DNA of 64,000 nucleotides from positions 59,954,001-60,018,000 of the forward strand of contig OX597827.1 in assembly GCA_951406725.2 (NCBI GenBank), in the 5' to 3' direction. A program made the position numbers and the translations under genes. The stretch comes from Octopus vulgaris (lineage: Eukaryota). A model generated the notes under the pieces. It was not told the origin of the DNA. It saw nothing but the letters and a program-made list of their open reading frames with translations, and did no database searches. Positions 58,382 to 64,000 of the stretch are shown piece after piece; position 1 is the first letter of the stretch, and every line of letters starts with the position of its first letter.

Positions 58382-58467
58382 GCGCTTATGTGCGTGCGTG
58401 TGTGTGTGTGTAAGTGTGTGTATAATTAAATAATTGACTACGGAACCGAAATTATGCAAAGAACTAT

Positions 58468-58680
58468 ATTCTTTTATTTTTTTTACTGGTTTAAGTCATT
58501 TGGCTGAAGACGTGCTGTAGTACCACTTTAAAGGCTTATAATCGATTAAATCGTCCCCAGGGCTTACTGTTTGTAAGCCTAGTACTTATTCTATCCTTCC
58601 TTTGCCGAACCGCTAGATTACGGGGACGTAAACACACCAACATCGGTTGCCAAGCGATGGTGGATGTACACACAGATACA
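58468..58680 (-). mobile_element. SINE S1, 3' half
   Basis: Reverse complement of the S1 3' half. Confidence 0.75.
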
Positions 58681-58822
58681 ATATATATATGATATATATA
58701 CATATATATACATATACATGTATATATACATACATATGTATATATATGTATGTATATATGTATAAATGTATATACATATATATGTATGTATATATATATG
58801 TATATGCATATATATATATATG

Positions 58823-58886
<64 letters not shown>

Positions 58887-59087
58887 AATACATAAATGTG
58901 AAACAAGGTATATATAATATAATGTATATACTCAACATATTAGTGATATATAATATATATATATTTAAAGCAGCAGAAATATTAACAAAATATATATATT
59001 TACATACATATATCCGATGAACGGTAACGGGAAACTCTAACAGGTTTTATTGAATTTTCTTGCATTTGCATTCTAAATTTATATAAA

Positions 59088-59239
<152 letters not shown>

Positions 59240-59240
59240 T

Positions 59241-59283
<43 letters not shown>

Positions 59284-59327
59284 ATATTAATCATTTAACC
59301 ATCCATGCATTTCTTCTCTCCCCTCTA

Positions 59328-59706
59328 TCTTTTACTTGTTTCAGTCATTAGACTGTAGCCATGCTGGACCACCACCTCGAAGAATTTTTAGTCGAATGAA
59401 TCGACCGCAGCATCTTTTCTTAAGCCTGATACTTATTCTATGGGCTTCTTTTGCCGAACCGCTAAGTTACGATAACGTAAACACACCAACAACTGCTGTC
59501 AAGTGGCAGTGGTGCACGAACACGGATACAAAGACACACACAGACACACGCACACATATTTGTATATATAGGCTTCTTTCAGTTTCTATCACAAGGCTTT
59601 CTTCATCCCGAGGCAATAGTAGAAGACACTTGCCCAAGGTGCTACGCTGTGGGACTGAACCCAAGACCATATGGTTGAGAAAATTTGTAACCACACAACC
59701 ACGCCT
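59328..59706 (-). mobile_element. SINE S1, diverged
   Basis: Reverse complement of S1. Confidence 0.8.
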
Positions 59707-59764
59707 ATATTTAGCTATCTATGAATCTATCTAACTATCTCTCTGTCTGCCTACAAATATTTTT

Positions 59765-59900
59765 TTTATGATCCCTTTTAATCGAAAATCTATCTCCCTT
59801 TTTTCTTTTCTTTTCTTTTTTTTTCTCCCCCAAAAGAAAAGCTCTACTTTGTAATTTGTCCCCTCTGAGTTCAGCCCTGTGTGGCTAATAAAGAAATAAA
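59765..59900 (+). mobile_element. 3' end of the same Tx1-like LINE as 23968-25256
   Basis: aaaagaaaagctctac.ttgtaatttgt...cagccctgtgtggctaataaagaaa, followed by decayed TCTA repeats. Confidence 0.8.
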
Positions 59901-60976
59901 TCTATATCTATTTAATTATATGCCTGTCAATCAGTCTATCTATATCGATAAATTGGTCAGTTAATATATTATTTTTTTTTTGTTTCCTTAATAATTTTTT
60001 TATATAAAGCTCTTTCTCCAGTGCCCAAATCTCTCCCCCACCCAACTCCATTCTTTCAATATTCTCGTGCCCAAAATTCCCGTTAATTTTCCTATTCATT
60101 TCTCCTGCAACGATAATTTCCAGCTTCACTTCCGGACACAGCAAACTTAAATGAAAAGACACTAAGGAAGGGATGACCGGAAGTTGATTTAAGCCGGTCT
60201 TTCCCTGATGAGCACCAGAATGCTAATATGTATTTGTTTGTGTGTGTGTATGTGTGTGAGTGTGTGCGAGTGTGTGTGCGTATGTATGTACGCCTGTTTG
60301 TTTGTGAGTGTGTTTATATATATATATATATACACATATATATATACATATATATATATACATACATATATATCTATATATATATATATATGCTTATATA
60401 TACATATATATGTATATATATATTTGTACATTTATTATATATATGTGCACACTCTCACACACACACACACATATATAGAGAGAGAGGGGGGATCCGGGTC
60501 CTATATATAACATTTTTTATCATTAAGTTTTTCATATTTATGTTTTCCATATTTTTGACTTGTGTGACATGATAGGAAAGATGGTAATTAAATCTCTTTC
60601 GTATGATTTGTTTATACAACTGCTGAAATAACGATGGAGTTCTACAGGACAGGAAGGCGGGAAATAACGAAGAGAAGAAAAAAAAAAACGGGAAACGATA
60701 TCGCTCCCTATATCACACCATAAAATAGAAATTTTACGTTTTTTTTTTGTTTTTGTTTTTTGACATTACATTTGCCGTTGTGTACACGGATGTTTTTTGT
60801 TTGTTTGTTTTGTTTTGTTTTGTTTTTTTTTGTTTTTTTCATGCTTTTCTTTACATATATATATATTTCTGCGTATTCCATATGTTTTGTCTTCGGATTT
60901 TGTATTCTCCATCCATTATCTTTATTCTGTTTGCCAGTGTGCATATGTGTGGGGGTAGGGGGACGTGTGTCTATTT

Positions 60977-61021
<45 letters not shown>

Positions 61022-61132
61022 CACACATATATATGTATTTGTGAGTGTGCGCGCGCGTGTATATATAAATATATATTTGTGTATGTTTGATATATATACA
61101 CACACACACACATATATATATATATAAATAAA

Positions 61133-61164
<32 letters not shown>

Positions 61165-61310
61165 CTGTTAATAAAAGCTGGGGTGCGTTGCGTTCTGTTA
61201 TTTAGTAGATGAAAAAATGTATTGTAAATAAACAGACAACAGGTGAAAAAGCGTACAACGTACACTGAGTACAACCGGTCGGGAGACAGACATTGAAGGT
61301 CCCTAATTCT

Positions 61311-61391
61311 TCATCAGTTATCAACCAGATGATATTACTCAGTTTCGCACCTTCAATGATAAGACTGAGAACCTCCCATGCCGGCGGTGTC
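61311..61391 (-). ncRNA. Non-circularly permuted hammerhead, family F
   Basis: G(a)CACC-g-CCGG(c)AUG-ggagguu-CUCAGU-C-UUAUCA-uugaa-GGUGC-GAA-ACUGAG-uaauau-CAUCUGG-u-UGAUAA-CUGAUGA; GUC site; element at about 61165-61795. Confidence 0.75.
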
Positions 61392-61799
61392 CGCGGAAGT
61401 TGCGGAGAATGTAGGACGGAGAACAGACGATGGAGGACAAATCGAAACAAACGAGGAACGAGCAAAATATAGCGTCATGATCAAAATGACAAGAATGGTG
61501 GGTGGGGGTAACGCTTAGAAGGCATCCTAAAGGATTAGAAAACAACAAATAGCAAGACAGTGGGACACAGAGAATTCAGGACCGGTCAACTACGCAACAC
61601 GCGTGAAAAAGAGAGAGAAAGAAGGTTGACCACGGGTCACGTGTCAGCAGCAGGCAGAAGAAAAAGAGGGCAAGAGAGAAGGAGAGAAAGAGCGACAGAG
61701 AGAAAACAAGGGAAAGGATGAAAAGGAAAAGGAGAAAGGAGAAAGGCTAGAAATAGAAGTAAGAGGGTGAGAAAGAAAAAAAGAGAAATAATATATATT

Positions 61800-61945
61800 T
61801 TTTTTGTATGTGTTTTAGTCATTAGACTGCGGCCTTGCTGGAGCACCGCCTTGAGAAACTTTTAGTTGCATGAATCGACTCCAGTACTTACATTTTATTT
61901 TTAAGCCTGGTACTACTTCTGTCACTCTCTTTTTGCCGAACCACT
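61800..61945 (-). mobile_element. SINE S1, 3' fragment
   Basis: agtcattagactgcggcc...ttttgccgaacc. Confidence 0.75.
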
Positions 61946-62489
61946 AGGCAATAGCGTCTTCATAGTATGGTTGGCTGGCTGTCGTCTGTCGTTCGAACGG
62001 GAACATGCCTGTGGTCAGTGAATAGACCTTAGAAGGTCTAAAGCCGAAATACGATGAATAGTGAAAATACTAGCTTATTCATGGAGTGAAGAGGCTCAAT
62101 TGAAAGATCCTATCCGAAGGCCGTGATTGGTCAGTTTACACACTGGCGCGAAATAAGTAGAGAGACAGACCGCGCTAGATGCTAACCAATCAGATCAGTG
62201 GACACAACCGGGTTAAACTAGCCAAAGATGGTTGTAATCTCAAACGAGATCATTCTTAATGTTTTTCTCAAACAGTGAGGATATCAGTATTGCTACAGGA
62301 CAAACCGGGAAAACGGTGATTTACATATGTTTTTCTCTAATTTGTTGTATTTTTTTTGTATGTAGGGTCTTCCAAACTTTCTTAATCGATATGGTCGTAC
62401 ATTGGCATTAGAGAATATTTTCTAGTTTTTGCATTTATTTATTATTTATTTATATGTTGTAATTGTGCATTGTTATTTGGTTATAGAAT

Positions 62490-62877
62490 GATGGAAGCAC
62501 TCCGTCGGTTACGACGACGAGGGTTCCGGTTGATCCGAATCAACGGAACAGCCTGCTCTTGAAATTAACGTGTAAGTGGCTGAGCACTCCACAGACACGT
62601 GTACCCTTAACGTAGTTCTCGGGGATATTCAGCGTGACACAGAGAGTGACAAGGCCGGCCCTTTGAAATACAGGTACAACAGAAACGGGAAGTAAGAGTG
62701 AGAGAAAGTTGTGGTGAAAGAGTACAGCAGGGATCACCACCATCCCCTGCCGGAGCCTCGTGGAACTTTTAGGTGTTTTCGCTCAATAAACACTCACAAC
62801 GCCCGCTCTGGGAATCGAAACCGCGATCCTATGACCGCGAGTCCGCTGCCCTAACCACTGGGCCATTGCGCCTCCAC
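62490..62877 (-). mobile_element. SINE S3 (tail type c), full length with 11-bp TSD
   Basis: GGTTATAGAAT at 62479-62489 and 62878-62888; tRNA-like head gtggaggcgcaatggcccagtggttagg. Confidence 0.9.
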
Positions 62878-63767
62878 GGTTATAGAATATTATAAAAGTG
62901 AAAGGATTTTATCTATTCATTTCGACTGTCCACACTGTGATTAAATTAAACTAGGAACACTGTACGCGATGAATATCCAATACCAAACAATCTTAATCTC
63001 CATATTTAAACTGCATTAAACTTTGGCACGCTTACCTTTTACCTAATCTGAGTTACATGAAAGGTGATGTTCCCTTCCCTCTCTTCTATTTGTTGATACC
63101 TTTGCTCACCTACCAATGCGTTGTTTCACATGAAGGATGTTTATTTACCCATCCATTATGATATTTCGAACACGATATCTTTTCACTGCGAACTGCTAAA
63201 GATTCAAAGCAGTATTCGTGAACTGAAGTCAAACTTTTCATGTCTTTACTTTTAGTTACCTGAAGTCACTTACAGAATGGTCGTACATTGTAAGCACGTA
63301 GCAAATACATTCCTTTAAATCTACTTTTTCAAGTAGGTATATTGCCATTTTTGAACGTACCAATCATACCTCTCTCCGAAAAATAGCTCTCTTTGCTGTT
63401 GAATAAAATAAGCTCGCAGAGGGGAAGTTTCAACCTCTTCCTTCAATTTCCTTACACCATTTATATGGCTGTTTCTGACAATAAATTTTGCTCTCGTGTA
63501 AAACAATTATATTCTGTGACAATTATTCGTAATCTACTCTCAAAACACTTCAGTAGCCCAAATTTGCATCGCTGCAAACTTATATGTTCTGTGATCATCA
63601 AAGTGCAACGGCCTCCACAATAACCAGGCTTCAATTTGGTTTTCTGTTCCTAGGTTAATCGGAATCATAGATTGCCGTGCTACTCATAGTATTTCTCGGT
63701 GGAGAATACCACCAAACCAACTAAAACCACCCAAAGAAAGGGTGCGTTTGCTAGTACTTCTATAGTG

Positions 63768-63965
63768 CTTTTATTATTTTACCTGTTTCAGTTGCCTGTG
63801 GCCATGCTGCAGCACCCGCCTTAAAGTCGAACACATCGACTCCACGACTTATTCTTTGTAAGCCTTGCACTTATTCTATTAGACCGTTTTGCCGAACCGC
63901 AAAGTTACAGAGACATAAACACACCAGCATCGGTTGTCAAGCGATGGTGAGGGGGGACAAAAACA
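63768..63965 (-). mobile_element. SINE S1, 3' half
   Basis: Reverse complement of the S1 3' half. Confidence 0.8.
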
Positions 63966-64000
63966 CATACATGCACACACACACACACACACACACACAC

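Noticed and set aside
59011-59040. ccgatga-a-cggtaacgg-gaaac HHR-like relic
   Set aside because: U4 is mutated and stem II does not pair.
60200-60230. CTGATGA-GCA(ccagaa)TGC HHR-like relic
   Set aside because: GAAA is replaced by TAAT and there is no cleavage triplet.
63653-63741. Possible short + strand exon (cctag|...|gtgcgt)
   Set aside because: One frame is open but there is no recognisable homology or partner exon; not supportable.

Overview
AT-rich eukaryotic DNA saturated with microsatellites. The SINE families and repeat style suggest a coleoid cephalopod, most likely Octopus (inference, not a database result). No intact host gene is recognisable, and almost all ORFs in the track are microsatellite artefacts. 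The window holds several tRNA-derived SINE families, non-autonomous Helitrons, Tc1/mariner/pogo relics and MITEs, and decayed non-LTR fragments (Tx1, R4/Dong-like, CRE-like, RTE-like). The main observation is a dense set of hammerhead ribozyme (HHR) motifs in short ORF-less, Penelope/retrozyme-like elements. About nine are minimal type I HHRs. Six copies, from five divergent families, carry every HHR catalytic part in a non-circularly permuted, pseudoknotted order with an extra helix, and each helix covaries across families. The intact-looking ribozymes are all on the minus strand. All structures were paired by eye and none has been tested for activity.
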